Assembly: GCF_000150275.1 (NCBI RefSeq)
Contig: NW_002060962.1
Span: forward strand, 372,001 to 436,000
Source of the DNA: Trichoplax adhaerens
Lineage: Eukaryota; Animalia; Placozoa
DNA length: 64,000 bases
Direction: 5' to 3'
Under the pieces are notes generated by a model. That model searched no databases. It had not been told where the DNA came from and was given only the letters and a program-made list of their open reading frames with translations. The translations under genes and the position numbers were made by a program. Positions 13,501-28,079 of this stretch are shown piece after piece. Every line of letters starts with the position of its first letter. The stretch's first letter is position 1.

Positions 13501-15368
13501 CTTAAATTACTGAGAATATATCGACTGCGAGATTACTGTTATATTTTTACGCTAGTAAATGTAGAGTTTACTAATTTTTTGCGTCAATTACTTGAAATAA
13601 ATAAGCAAAACTGAGATTTGCATTAAAACTATTATCTCTAATAAAAAGTTTTAGTGTTTATCTGACAAGGATATATTCTGTAATGAATTAAAAGCTGGCT
13701 AACAGTAAATTATCATGGTAGCTATTATTTAGTTTACCAATAAAGTATTGATATGCAGGATAAATACAAATATTAAGTATAATTATGACCGGATCTTCCG
13801 TGGAGTTTTAATTTGCGTAATGTCAATTGGTAATAATAAATCAAACATCAATTATTGCACACTCAATGGTAAATTAATTCGTTTCTGTTATTAGTCGCTA
13901 TAAAGCTAATCATCTCAATCATTGCTTTGAATTTAAACCACAAAATATTTCTGATTTCTCTTGAATCAACTGTCCTGCTGGCCCTGAATTGATGGATGCA
14001 TATAATTCTGATGAAAAGGCCAGAGAATAAGCTGCTTTCATTTTTAACATCAAATTTTAAAGGAAACAATTAAGTTACAGCGATAAAACGTATTAAACTA
14101 TCTATTTATCTCCTGTTATTCAATAATATCATAATTTTATGTATCGCAGATTTGGCTAGTAGGACATTAAAAGCTGATTAATTCTTAATTAAACAGGATG
14201 AGGGTGACTCCTCTTGGAATTATTTATTAGTTATATAACGAGAAGTCAATAGATTGCGCAGGTAGTTTATATGATTCTCTTTTAGCTAATTGATCATGCA
14301 CGCATTACATATTCCGAGATTATAAATTTGTCATAAATATCAATTTTGGCCTTTAATTAAGTTTAATGTCATGGTAGTTGGAAATACACGTTGATGAAAT
14401 ATCTTAATTAGCTGCAGCACAAATGAAAATATCACATTTGAGTGGCATGGATCTGCGCTACCATTCAGTAATGCTTCTAGTAGAGAAAAGAATTCAAGAA
14501 ATAGTACATAGATCGGATTATTGCCAATGATATGTTAACGACTGTTGATACCGTATAGAGCTTATAGCTATAAGTACGCGCTGAGTTCTATTATAGAATA
14601 ATCAAAATTATTAAAATGCAGTTTCCTCGTATCATAATATTGAAGCACTATAGCAGTCATTACGGAAGGATTTAAACTAGTAACGAGATCATTAATAAAT
14701 CACTCATTCAATTTGCACCACAACATCATAGGACTTCAATGCCCAGATAATTTTCGGTATATAGGTTTATCGATGTCATTAACCTAGCATTGTCCATTCT
14801 ATAATTGCACTTTTTTTCATACCTACAGATCTACTTTTAGCCGCCTAAACTACTGTTATACTGTAGAATTGGTCTAAGGTATATTTATTGTTAAAAAAAT
14901 ACAATGTTTTGTATCATATCGAATATCATGGAATATAGATCTCCGTTCATCTCTGTGAAACTGCTTTATAAACGGTGCGGTTTCAATTTCATTGCACAAT
15001 ATATAAATCTAAATTTGTAATGAGAAAAAAATTGAACTATTCCAAATACTAACACTACTTCAGGTTTGTTCTTCCCGACATTTACCAACCTACACTACGA
15101 CAACACCAACAGTCTCTCTTTTAGACAAAGCTGAACCCAAACTTTATTAAAAGTCAGTCAGTTTATAGTAAATCGATATAAACATAAATTATCAGTATTA
15201 AAACTTGTAAAACGTGATAGATAAAAAATTAATATTAATAATTATAATTACTAATGCATTGCTAGATAAGACTAGATATTTTATCTTATGGAAACTTCTG
15301 GTATGATTCGATAGCTATGTAAAAGTTACTCCTTAATACCATTATTTATGAGAGTTATATAAAATTTT

Positions 15369-16340
15369 TCATTTTAGACCTGTTAACTCTTCACTGATAT
15401 CCCAGAGTTTGTTCCCTGCTTCCTCATCGAGAGCGTGATCTTGTAATTTTTTAATCTGACAGTCCACAAAGTACTGTCCAGTAATTCTTTCAACTTCCTC
15501 TGAAACAGCAAGGTGTATCGTCGTTTGGGCACCTTCATAACTTGATTTGAAAAATATAAATGCAATGGGGTAAATGACCAGCCTGGCCCAAAAATACTTT
15601 AAAATATTTACACCTCGCCATATTTCAGTTCTAACAGCTCCAGGATGTAAAGCGTTTACCGTAACATGGGTGTCCTTTAATTTTTTGGCCAGTGAACGTG
15701 TAAATAATATGTTAGCTAATTTGCTTTGAGAATAGACATTAAAATTGTTAAAATTTTTCTCGTTTTGGATATCATCAAAATTGATTGATTTTACAAAAGC
15801 ATAGACCGAAGAGGCAACATTAACAATCCTACTTGAAGCGCTTTCCTTAATTTTAGGGAGTAAAAGGTTGGTGAGTAGGAAATGACCAAAATGGTTGACA
15901 CCCATGATCATTTCCAGCCCATCCTCAGTCAATTTTCTATCGCAAGCTAGTCCAGCGTTATTAACCAATATATCAACGCTTTTTTCATTGGTTATAATCT
16001 CCTGAGTAAACTTGCGAATGGATTTAAATGAGGCTAGATTAAGATGCATATAGATAACGTTGTTGTTACCAGTAGCGCGGCGAATATCTTCCATGGCAGC
16101 TTCACCTCGGGATTGATCTCTGCAGGCTAAAATAACGCGACCACCACGTCGAGCAAAATCTTGAGCAGCTTCTCTCCCAATACCACAATTGGCACCAGTG
16201 ACAATGACAACTTTGCCTTCCAGGCTGGCTCGGCTACGACATACTCCACCAGCGTAATACCTTTTAACGACATATAAACCCGTAGCAAGTGATACTGCAA
16301 CAGCAGTCCAAATTTGATGGCCAGACAACGATATCTCCAT
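15369..16340 (-). CDS. Retinol dehydrogenase 11/12/13/14-like short-chain dehydrogenase/reductase, intronless, 323 aa
   Basis: N-terminal hydrophobic anchor, TGANCGIG cofactor motif, DILVNNAG, NHFGHFLLTNLLL, YSQSK catalytic motif, ALHPGAVRT, GAQT, LWDISEEL. Confidence 0.92.
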   Translation of the reverse strand: MEISLSGHQIWTAVAVSLATGLYVVKRYYAGGVCRSRASLEGKVVIVTGANCGIGREAAQDFARRGGRVILACRDQSRGEAAMEDIRRATGNNNVIYMHLNLASFKSIRKFTQEIITNEKSVDILVNNAGLACDRKLTEDGLEMIMGVNHFGHFLLTNLLLPKIKESASSRIVNVASSVYAFVKSINFDDIQNEKNFNNFNVYSQSKLANILFTRSLAKKLKDTHVTVNALHPGAVRTEIWRGVNILKYFWARLVIYPIAFIFFKSSYEGAQTTIHLAVSEEVERITGQYFVDCQIKKLQDHALDEEAGNKLWDISEELTGLK

Positions 16341-17244
16341 GATGACTACGTTAACAATTATGATACACAGTTTCTGCTGACGTTCAGTGATTATATAATT
16401 AATTGCTTATTGAAAGCCAGTAAGTTGTGTGCAAGCCAGGACGATGTCAACTCAATAAAATGATGATTGTTCCACAATGACTGCAGATACATATAGACAA
16501 GACTACACCTGAGTAATAGTTAGTTCATTACCGAATGGATTGTGTTCTAATTTAATAAGTATTGAGAATAAACCTTGAATAAAATGTGATGTAAAAGTTG
16601 AGGATGGAAAGCAAGACGTCGATTTCGTTGCCAAAGGCTTTTGCTTTACCAGACACCTTCGCCAATTGAAGATAGGAAAAGGTGTCGAGGATAGCTACTA
16701 ATACCGAGTTTCCAGTAGTCTCGATAGAAGCGTGATTGTCACTTTCTGCCTAGTAGCTATAGCTGGTATCATAGGGACAGCAGAATGAAAGATGACCATT
16801 ATACTGTACACTGTAAACTACAATACATACTACTGTACTCTACAACTGGTTGATAGCTGTCGACAGTTGTTTCGCTCAAGCGTAGTGTAGCCGTTACAGT
16901 ACTGTATACTGTACACGACTATAGTGTAGCCATTATAAGGGCTATACAGTACGATGACTTCACTGAACAACTACACTATGACGATTATACTGTATGCGGT
17001 GTGTACAACTACGTTGAAAGCTTTTGACAATTATTCAGCTCAGTCATAGTGCAGCCATTACAAGGGCTTCACCATGACTATAGTGAACAACTATAATTTA
17101 GGTCTTTGAATTTAATGCTAAAATTTCACCAATGCAGATTACTACAACTTTAAGTCATTGGCACTTGATATTTTTAAACATTTTACTGCATTATTGAGTT
17201 ACTTTATTTCTTTTAAGCCCTTGTAATCATAACGGCTACACCAT

Positions 17245-18330
17245 GGCTGAACTGAACAACTAGAATTAGGTCTATGAATTGGAAGGCATTGACTTTGAAT
17301 GGAGCTAAAATTTCACAAATACAGATTACTACAACTTTGAGTCATTGGCTCTTTTAAGCCCTTATAAGGGCTTAAATATGACTGAACTGATCAACTAGAA
17401 TTAGGTCTATGAATTGGAAGGCATTGACTTTGAATGGAGCTAAAATTTCACAAATACAGATTACTACAACTTTGAGTCATTGGCTCTTTTAAGCCCTTAT
17501 AAGGGCTTAAATATGACTGAACTGATCAACTAGAATTAGGTCTATGAATTGGAAGGCATTGACTTTGAATGGAGCTAAAATTTCACAAATACAGATTACT
17601 ACAACTTTGAGTCATTGGCTCTTTTAAGCCCTTATAATGATAAGGGCTTAAATATATGAAATAATGATGATAAGGGCTTAAATATGACTGAACTGATCAA
17701 CTAGAATTAGGTCTATGAATTGGAAGGCATTGACTTTGAATGGAGCTAAAATTTCACAAATACAGATTACTACAACTTTGAGTCATTGGCTCTTTTAAGC
17801 CCTTATAAGGGCTTAAATATGACTGAACTAATCAACTAGAATTAGGTCTATGAATTGGAAGGCATTGACTTTGAATGGAGCTAAAATTTCACAAATACAG
17901 ATTACTACAACTTTGAGTCATTGGCTCTTTTAAGCCCTTATAAGGGCTTAAATATGACTGAACTAATCAACTAGAATTAGGTCTATGAATTGGAAGGCAT
18001 TGACTTTGAATGGAGCTAAAATTTCACAAATACAGATTACTACAACTTTGAGTCATTGGCTCTTTTAAGCCCTTATAAGGGCTTAAATATGACTGAACTA
18101 ATCAACTAGAATTAGGTCTATGAATTGGAAGGCATTGACTTTGAATGGAGCTAAAATTTCACAAATACAGATTACTACAACTTTGAGTCATTGGCTCTTT
18201 TAAGCCCTTATAAGGGCTTAAATATGACTGAACTAATCAACTAGAATTAGGTCTATGAATTGGAAGGCATTGACTTTGAATGGAGCTAAAATTTCACAAA
18301 TACAGATTACTACAACTTTAAGTCGTTGGC
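17245..18330. repeat. Tandem satellite, 135-bp unit, ~8 near-identical copies (last one partial), with a 24-bp perfect palindrome in the full units
   Basis: tagaattaggtctatgaattggaagg starts at 17261, 17396, 17531, 17702, 17837, 17972, 18107 and 18242 (period 135; one unit +36). Palindrome tttaagcccttataagggcttaaa, disrupted in the +36 unit. Confidence 0.97.
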
Positions 18331-19955
18331 ACTTGATACTTTTAAACATTTTTACTGCATTATTGAGTTATTTTATTTCTTTGAGATTTCTAATACAAAC
18401 CATCAGTCACTGATAGGTGTGCGATCGGTTCTACCAGTATACAAGTCACGCTGAAATACTGTTGTGGCAGGAAATAACGAAATACTGGTGGTAAACAATC
18501 CTACACAGGAAAACATCGATAATCATGATTATTTTATATGAAACTCTGTGTCTATTTTCTACGCGACCACTAGCTCTTTCCTGTTGTCAGTCAAAAATTC
18601 CATAGCCTACATATAGAGATAGATACACTTTTTCTTATACGTATAATAAATAGAAATGTGGTGGATCTTGAGGTTGACTAGTGATGCTTTTCATAAAATG
18701 CAGCTCGCGCTTTGCTACTAGTTGATTAACTTTAATGAAGGTTATACTGTACAGTACATACATTAGCAGAGTCATGGAATGATCGTGTGAAGCAATGCCG
18801 AAGAGATCTTAAGACTTTCCTTTTTATAAGATTCTAGCTGTAATAGTAAAGGATCGATTTGTAACTCAGTAGCGGCATACTATACAGATATTGAAGTTGA
18901 CTCAATTCCTAGACACGACACAGACAAGCATTTGGATAACATACCATGTTGATAATTTGTAATCTATGATTATAATTATTAGAACTTAGCACTTCTCTAT
19001 CATAATTATAATTATCAGACATGACATTACGCTACGGTTCGGACTTAGTGCTCTAGTGTAACGCTACACATATTTTAATGATTGTTCGCGACAAGAAAAG
19101 CACATCACCATGGCTAGACAAGGCATAATTTTATTCCAGCAATTCGTTCCATATCAGTGACGACAGTGCCAGTCTGTCCATTTAATTTAAAAGATAGCAT
19201 TTCTTCTGAAATTAATCAACAAGACCAGATAGAAAACGCCTATACATTTATTCTGTCACTTATAACGAATCCTTATTTAAGTTTATGCCTTATCATAAGT
19301 AAGTAAGATAATGCAGAGATTTTATTGAGATACTGCATGACCGGCATACGAATATGAAGATACGTTAAAAGATAGCCTCATACTACTGCACAATGTACAT
19401 GCATTCTCTCGCTTATATCAAATCGCTATGGAAGCCTATGCCTTACCGTAAGTAGGTAATGCGCGATACGCATTCGAATACAAAGATGTGAAATACGTTA
19501 AAAGCCTAGCATAGTACACGTGAATACAAACGAAAATTGTGAAATGCCAACATTATCTTTAGGTATTGAGCTATGGAGGACTAGTTGTCATATATCTGAA
19601 TCTTAGCCTTGACTAATGTTAGTACACGAAAATACACAACACTAGTTATTCAATTAGCAATGCAATTCATACAGTTTACTACCGAAATAACGCTTGACAA
19701 GGATACGGTATCGTATCTGTTGCAAATCTTATTTCTAGGTAGTATTCCAATTCATTGCAAGTGTACACATTGTTCTGGCAAATTACCATAATAACTAACT
19801 AAAATCCTGCAATCTTACTTACTTAGGACTACATTAACATTAAAAATACTCGCATATACTATAAGTTAAGTTATAAACTTAAATTACTGTCCTCAGTCTT
19901 TTCCCTAGATAGAGTTACAGAGTTGGCTAAAATTGAAATATCTATAATATATCGA

Positions 19956-22268
19956 TTAATTTTTATGGCTACCACCACCCCGACAATACGTAAAACACAA
20001 AATAAAGATAAGGAGAAGCAGAGCAGCACTAACACCAATCATAACAAATGCTACAACTCTAAAGGTAGATTCTTGATTTACAGTTCCATTTGTAGTGAAC
20101 ATCATCGTTGGCTGAAATGTAACTGAAGTGGTGATGTCGAAAGGGGGTCCAAATTGAGGTGTCATATATTGATTGAAAAAGGCGATCTTATTACGTTTAT
20201 AATTCGTAACAGCTTTCATTGATTGAAGACTAATATTTAAGCAATTGGGATTGCTAGAATTATACTGAGGCCAAGTCACTTTCGATGTGGAAGGATCTCT
20301 GACAATAGAGTAATTGTAAGAATATGTTATAGAAACAGTTTATTGTACATCTTTTAAATTCAGTACTCTACACGTAATTTATTCGACAGATTCTAAGTAG
20401 GCTATATTGTAAGAGGGCAGTATTATAAGGAAAGAGGGAAGCAGTAATTCTGTATTATGGTGTAAATAAAATGCTAGCAACATATCCTTTTTTCAAATAT
20501 TCTATTTATGTATACAAGATAGTGGTGGACTACCTTTGGAGACTGCCTTTTATTAAACTGACCGTTGTAGATTTAGGCTGTATCTACGGCATGATCTTGT
20601 TTTGGTAGTGTATTTTATTTTGTCGCTGACATTTACTATTATTACTTTAAACCTTAAATTATAATTTACTTTTATTTATTTTATGTCTACCTTATTGTAT
20701 ACTCTTTTAACGCATAAATACAGCTTGATCTTGTTGCATACTGTAGCATTATTCGCATCTAGTCATAATTAGAGTGGGAGTGTTGAAAGTTTCAGACCAT
20801 TAAAGAAAACTTACCCTGTATGAATAAAATTTCCCCACATCTTCATGGAATCTCTACTTAGTTGCGCTTCAGCAGTAGTAAAATTAGTTAGATAATAAGC
20901 AGGTTTTTGGACTGGGTAGCCGTAAAAATATGGTACATCCATACTATGAGTTACACCCATATAAGCTGGCAAATATATATCTTGCTGTGTATGATAAGTC
21001 CAAACATAATTATATGTTGGGGCATGTTTAGAATATTTTTGGGCCATGAAATCAGAAGTTGAAAGAAATAGAGCATCATTGGATAGTTCGCCTAACTTCA
21101 TTCTATTAACGGTTGGCGAGTCGATATTAGTATAATCAGTATATCTATTAATAACGGAAGCTCTAGCCGATGGAGGATATTCCCTAAACCAATTACTGAC
21201 ATAACCCAAGAATACTTGTCTAGTGACTAATGGAGGAATAAAAGAGTAACCGTCTTGTAAAGTTGTTCCGATCAAAAGTCGGCCTTTAAAAAAGCGACCA
21301 TCCTGGAGTAATTTCCTAGGATTTTCATTAAGAAATCGACCATCGATGACAAGACCAAAATTTGCAGGATTTTCTCTTAACAACGCAAATTGAATTTGTA
21401 ACAGTATTGTAGAATTGTACTTATTGATGCATTGATAAATTGCACGGAGGTTGGAAGTATTACATTGACCTACTTGGCCAATTCTTAGAAAAGTAGCTCG
21501 TGCTTCTGCAACGGATCTACCGTCAAGGATAGTTCCGCTTTCCATGATTGCGTAGCGATATAATCCACTACTACTAGGCGCTACTAGATGTATTCCAACA
21601 GCGAATGAACCAGCAGAGAAACCAGCTAAAGTTACAGCATCCTTCTTACCGCCAAATTGCTCGATATTATTTTGTACCCATGCCATTGCTAGTTGCTGAT
21701 CTAAAAAGCCAAGGTTGGCTTGGATAGAACGGCTATTTGCATTGGCTTCTCCTGAAGTCGTGAAACCGAATATACCCAATCTGTAATTCATGGTAACTAC
21801 AACAATATCTTCCGTTACTGCTAATGTTTGCGGCTGCCAATTAGCACCACTTCCACCTATGTAGCCACCACCATGAATCCAAACCATGACGGATTTATTG
21901 CCAGCTATACTTGGCGCAGTAGTAAAGACATTCAAGTATAAGCAGTTTTCATTAATGATACTTTCTGGAGCTGTAAGTGGCGATCTGAAAACTGGAACAA
22001 ATTGAATACATGAACTGCTATACTTTGTGGCATTTAATACACCGGGCCATGAGGAATTTAACGGCCGAGATGGCTTAAAACGATTCACGCCGATGGGAGG
22101 TTCAGCAAAAGGAATTCCCAAATATTTATGTAAAGTCGTTTGACCAACCAGTTCCGTTGTGCCCCTAACAAGTCCTTTATCGGTGTTAACGATTATTTGA
22201 CCGATTGAATTCGATGTTAAAATTCCCAAAATAATAAAAATGGAGGCATGAAAACAGTAGTAAGCCAT
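19956..22268 (-). CDS. Membrane-anchored carboxylesterase 2 (exons 22268-20815, 20298-19956; ~598 aa)
   Basis: Signal peptide, WIHGGG, GFSAG, TLQDG, GVTHSMD; intron HTG|DP; TM VVAFVMIGVSAALLLLIFILCF. Confidence 0.9.
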
Positions 22269-25038
22269 TTTCCTTTTTACTGAGTTAATTACTGGTATAG
22301 GGAATAAAACAAGTACTTAAAATTGTAATAAAATTAACAACTTCTTGTCTTAATTAGCTAATAGTTCATCAATAAACAGCCAAAAACAACCTGTTGAAAA
22401 TTCACTACCACACACCGTAGACGTTTCTTTTATCTTTTTGTTTGTGGTAACTAAAGCTTTGGAAGTTCTATGTATTGACTACTGAATAGCACTTATTATA
22501 ATTACCATATCTTTTCCAGGCGGTCTACCAATGAGATGTAACGCTGATGTAGTTGCTTTTGTGATACCTTCCTTTCATGGGATATCTAAATTATTCTTAC
22601 TCTAAGAATAGTTATAGGACATACTATTATATACTTTCCGTTATGATCATCACAGTAAATTACCATCAGCATAAATTCAGTAAACTGGCTGATTAATTAG
22701 CAAACTTCACGTGACACCATCATTTTATTGCTTGTAGAAAAATTTTAAGCTATGATATGAATATTCCAAGAGCACAGTATACTATGACACTTATATTATT
22801 AATTTTACAATTACTATATATATAGAGATAGTAGTCTTGATTCGAGTCGAGTTGAGAAGACGAGGATTATGTCGGTATTAGGATCGCCAACCTTAATAAC
22901 ATAAGGCTTAGGTTAGGTTATATTATCGAATAGATTTGTGACAGGAATTGGCCTTTGATATACTGTAAAGCTGATAAAGATAATTTCGGGACAATACAGG
23001 GTGTGGAAAGGCAGGATATAACAAAATAAGTTTCAGCAAATACAAGCAAGCAACGTACTTATAACCAATCATTAATTTGTTAATTGTTGCTATCTGAAAT
23101 CGAATTTTTTTGATTATCATATATAATGACTCCGTTATACAGTTTAGAACGTAGAACTTCGTTAAACAAATGAATAACGAGCTCAAATGCTCAATATATA
23201 CTATACTACGACATGTGTATATTGAATTTTAAATGCTTATTGTCGAGCAAAAATAGAGTTATATAATTTAAAGTTTTTAATACAAAAATTAATTTGATTT
23301 ATTCGAAGTAGAAATAGCCATATCACGTTATTCGGACTTTCCTACAGTAAAGTACAGGTTACTACTCTTGTTTAATAGCTTATATATACGATAGAATTAT
23401 ATGCGTATCTAGTATTCATTCTTACATCTATGATTTTTTGAGATTATGATTCTACTTATAGACTGATTTAATTTTATAGTTATTTTAATGAGGCTAAAAG
23501 TCAGTAAGAACTACAGAAGTTTTTTTCCTAATATCGTATGACTAGATCAGTAAACTACTCTACTAGAGAAACAGCATCAATTTAATTTTCAGGAGTATTT
23601 AATACAGGTTGCTGGGAGGTAGATAAAAGCGAGGTATTATTATATTTCGGGAGGATTTTTTAAAGAAACATAAGCTGCCGGAAGTAATTGCCCTACTATC
23701 AAAACAATTAACAGCCAATAGTTATATAATTACTAGCATTTTAATGGATGCTAAAATGAATTTATATCATTTTAGTGACTCATATTTCGTTAAGTACCGC
23801 CCTTGTATTCTTTTTACAACAGCTATTAGCAATAAAGATTATCTCATATCTTTCACTCTGATGTATAGTATTAATATCCTACTTCCAAACCGATATGAAA
23901 GCAACATTAATCTTAGTAGGTTGAGATTGAAATCAATTTACTAATCCTTGCTGGCCTATTTCACAATTTTAATTGCGCTGTTATACCTGCTGTACGCCTT
24001 TAAAACTATATTTTATTACTAATGTACAGCGATACTATTCTTTTGTTAATGATTCAAGTAATTAATAGTTTCTTTCCACTCATCTTAGCGATAACGCCAT
24101 GATATAACATATACTAGCAGTTAAAAAATTTCCTATCGCTGAAACACTATAATCATTTATCATATCAATAATAAAGCATAGTAAGATACCCTAATTTAGA
24201 ACAATTTATTTGTTCCAGATCTTAGGTTACTAATCCGCTTAATATGCAACAAAGCTGGTAAGAAGTTGCATAAATGAGATTAAGCGCATGTTTCCACCAA
24301 AAGTGAAATATTTAATTGAACTGCTACTAATCAAGATTACTTATAAATCAAAAAAGTATTTTCTAATATCAACTAATTTAATAGCCCCAGGACGAACTAT
24401 ACTTTCTTAGTAACTTAGCTTAATTAATATAAGATATTTATTAATTAATAGGTATTCAATATCCGTACAAATTGATCCACAAATTCATTTTACTGTTATA
24501 AAGTATACTGTATGATTGTAAAACTTTCTTATTATTAAAAGTCAACTTTTATAAAGCATGATATGGGTATACCGAGAAATTAGGTAAATAACCATACCAA
24601 AACATGCATGCAAGATTTTAATGTCATTTATTAGGTCATCTGCGACTAAATCGCATTTTTAAGTGTAGGAAACCTTTACGCAATCTTTCAAGCTAACCAC
24701 TTTTATTAATGCTACACGATAAATTATAAATTATCTAGAAGTGAAATCTTTACACACAACGTCATGTAGTCTTAATCTTTTCAGTGATTGTAACTTATTT
24801 GAGATTGGACCAGAGCTTTAGAACAATCTTATGAAAACTTTAAAAGCAGTTTTTTAATTTCTGCATCATCTTATTATACTTATTAACAGACAATTATGTT
24901 AAAAACCCTACAATACCACGCTAAAGCTAATACTCAGCATTTTCCCATTTAACGGTATAATGAATAGTGCATTATGACAATAGTAAAATAGTATCTTAAC
25001 GAGGTCGATTATATAATTATGAATTCAACTTTAAATTT

Positions 25039-27145
25039 CTACGCAGCATATTGCTCTTTGCCTTTGTTTAATTTGCAAAGTAGGATAATTACAATAAGCA
25101 ATAATAATCCAGTAACACCTGCTAAAACATACGTTGAAATCATATAGGTTGATTCCAATGAATTCGATACTGTAGAAGCCATTGTTGATTTGGAAGTTGG
25201 AAGTGGAGGTGTATTTGTATTTGTGAGTGTAGCAAGTTGGGGAAGATATTGATTCCAAAAGGCGAATGGCTTACTATAGTAATTCTTTGCAATTGCCAAT
25301 TTAGGTGCAATCCACATGTAGTCTTTGCTGGTTTCTCTATATCTTGGCCAAGCTGGTGAAGAGCTTAAATCTGACGGATTTCTAAATTATCGTAGTAAAG
25401 GGAGTTAACTATTTCGTGGTTGACCTTGTATCATTATATATATCATTATACATTGTATAACAGTCTAGCTAGCTCTAGATATTAATTAATAAACAAAATT
25501 TAATTCATGCTTAATAATTTTGTCTGCCTTAGTTATTACCAAGTTGTAATGTAAGACTTATAAATTATTAATTGTCGCAATTCTTAATCTAGTTTACAAC
25601 CGTATGCGGGTATTTACACATATATAGCAATTGCTGAAAGACTACTTACCCTTGACGAATAAAGTTACCCCAGTATGCCATAACCTGTCGGCATACTTGT
25701 CGATCGGTATCATCAAATTTGTCTGGAAAATTTGCAGGTGGATCTAATGGATAGCCAAAAACATATGGGATCTCTATAGTATGCACTGCTTTAGCAAATG
25801 AAGGCATCGCGGTTCCTGCAGTGCGATGAGCAAATATGTAGGTATAGGTTGGTACATATCGAGAAAGCGCATCTGCATAATTTTCGTTAGGTACACTAAA
25901 GCGATAATCATTGAGCATATCGCCATACTGATCCCTATTAATGCTTGGTGAGCTAACATTGGCCCAGTTAGTATACTGATATTGGATAGAAAGTTTTACA
26001 CGTTGATTTGCTGCTGGAAAATTACCATTGACATAATTTTTAAACTGATTTTGTGAAAGTCCTTGAGATATATTTGGCATAAGTAATAAGAAAAAATAGC
26101 CATCATTCAACATCGTGCCTATCATGATGTCGGCTTTATTAAACTTTCCTGAAATTATAGCTTTGTAAGATGATTCTGGTAGTATATCGCCATCAACAAT
26201 GGGTGAATATGGATTAGTTCCAAGGAATCTCAATTGAAGTTGTACCAATTGCTGGGCTGGTAGGGTTCTTAGACAATTTACAGTCTCTGTTGTGATGTTT
26301 TTGTAACATCTAGCTACCGTGCTATACTGTACAAAGAAATTTTTAGCATCAGATAGTGTGAACTCGGTCGTCAATTTAGCTTTCTGATAAGATGGGAAAT
26401 CTCCAAAAATACCACTTTGTATGATAGCGCGGCTAAATAATCCTTTGCTAGATGGCATAACCAGGTGATTGGAAACAGCAACCGCTCCAGCTGAGTTACC
26501 TGCTATTGTAATTTGATCTTTATTACCTCCGAAATTTTCGATATTCTCTCTAACCCATTTCAAGGCCAAATTTTGATCTTGTAAAGCTAGATTTGCTGGA
26601 ATAGTCCTTTGATTGGCATCCTTTTCACCTGACGTCATGAAACCAAAGATTCCAAGTCGATAATTTATTGTAACAACAACGATATTTTCGTTAGCAGATA
26701 AGATTTGTCCTTGCCACCATGCGCCAGTTCCATAAAGGAATCCACCACCATGTATCCATACGAGTACTGACATATTCCCGGCTTTGCTAGGGTTAGGCGT
26801 AAAAATATTAAGGTAAAGGCAATCTTCACTGACTTGTATTTTATGCGAATTTTGACTTAAAGGGCCTACGAGATTCGGTTGAGAACAATCTTTTTGATAT
26901 TCAGTAGCATTTAGAACACTAGACCATTGCTCTTTGGGTACTGGCGGCTTAAATCGTAGCTGACCTACGGGAGGCTGAGCGTAAGGAATGCCGAGATAGG
27001 CAAACTGATCAGTACCATTAGTATTTACTATCTTACCACTAACTGAACCAGCTGTAGTAGAAACGATTAGTTGAGCTTTAGAATAAGGTAATAATGCAAT
27101 AGTTAATATTACAATACAGCTTGCGGTAAATCTTTCCAAAGTCAT
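25039..27145 (-). CDS. Membrane-anchored carboxylesterase 3 (exons 27145-25650, 25381-25039; ~612 aa)
   Basis: SEDCLYLN, WIHGGG, GNSAG, MLNDG, KAVHTIE; intron RQG|NP; TM YVLAGVTGLLLLIVIILLC. Confidence 0.9.
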
Positions 27146-28079
27146 AGTATTGCTTTAGATTAATCTTCCTTAATAAGTTCGGTATTCTTCTTAATAGTGA
27201 AAGAAGTTGAAAGAAACGTTGAAAAGGATTTAGCTTAAATGTACAGAATTAAAGGTTTTCCACCAACGATACGAGTACAACCTAAACTTCTTGAGGTGTT
27301 ACAGCGCTAGCGTTTATATATATAATCTGGATCGAATAAAGCTGTCCTAAAGAGCTCTAGTAAAAAATATTTTAAATAACTTAATTTCATAAAATTATGA
27401 AAAGGTCACCCATCCTATGTAAATAAGAATATTAGTATTATTTAGGTGTGACTTACATGACCAGTAACCGTACGGTCTATTGAAGGGACTACTGCACTAA
27501 AAAAGAAAAAGAGGGACCTTATAAGCATGCAGCTAAGTTGGTTTTGCTCAGTATGATATACGATTTTATTGGTATCGTATAATAGAATGACCGGGAAAAT
27601 GGTAGGCCTCCACATTATTTTGCATATCACCTCCCTTTTTCTTTTCTACGACGAGAACAATAATTACTGTCTTATTTCCATGACATAAGGTGTTATTAAT
27701 ATATCACCATGGTATCCATGTATTATATTTACCGTTAGTAATTGAACACTTGTTTGATGTTAACAATTACAATTTATACCGGTTCAAACTTTAAGAAAGT
27801 TATGTGCATTATAGTTGTTGACAATGGCATCTTTTGAAGAGATTTGCATGCTTAATAATACCCTAATATGGCTAAAAACCTGATTACAGTACTGTAATGA
27901 ATCTTATTTTCTCCGCATTTAGTCTGAATGGACCATGAATGGACGGACCATCTTTATTATTGATCCAGCGAAAGCTCTTAAAATCGGTGTAAATCAGAGT
28001 CCTGCAAAGCTACAATTACGCTTGACTGTCTTAAGTAATCGAAGTGAACACTGCGCATTACTATTACTGTACTACAGTA

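Noticed and set aside
10570-15368. Short ORFs at 12751 and 13863; likewise 7140, 7779, 22923, 23744, 28507, 29522, 29856, 33322, 56855 and 62992
   Set aside because: No recognisable domains or exon partners; their composition is typical of AT-rich non-coding DNA.
17245-18330. CRISPR-like array (regularly spaced palindromes)
   Set aside because: The sequence between palindromes is identical rather than unique spacers, there are no cas genes, and the context is eukaryotic.
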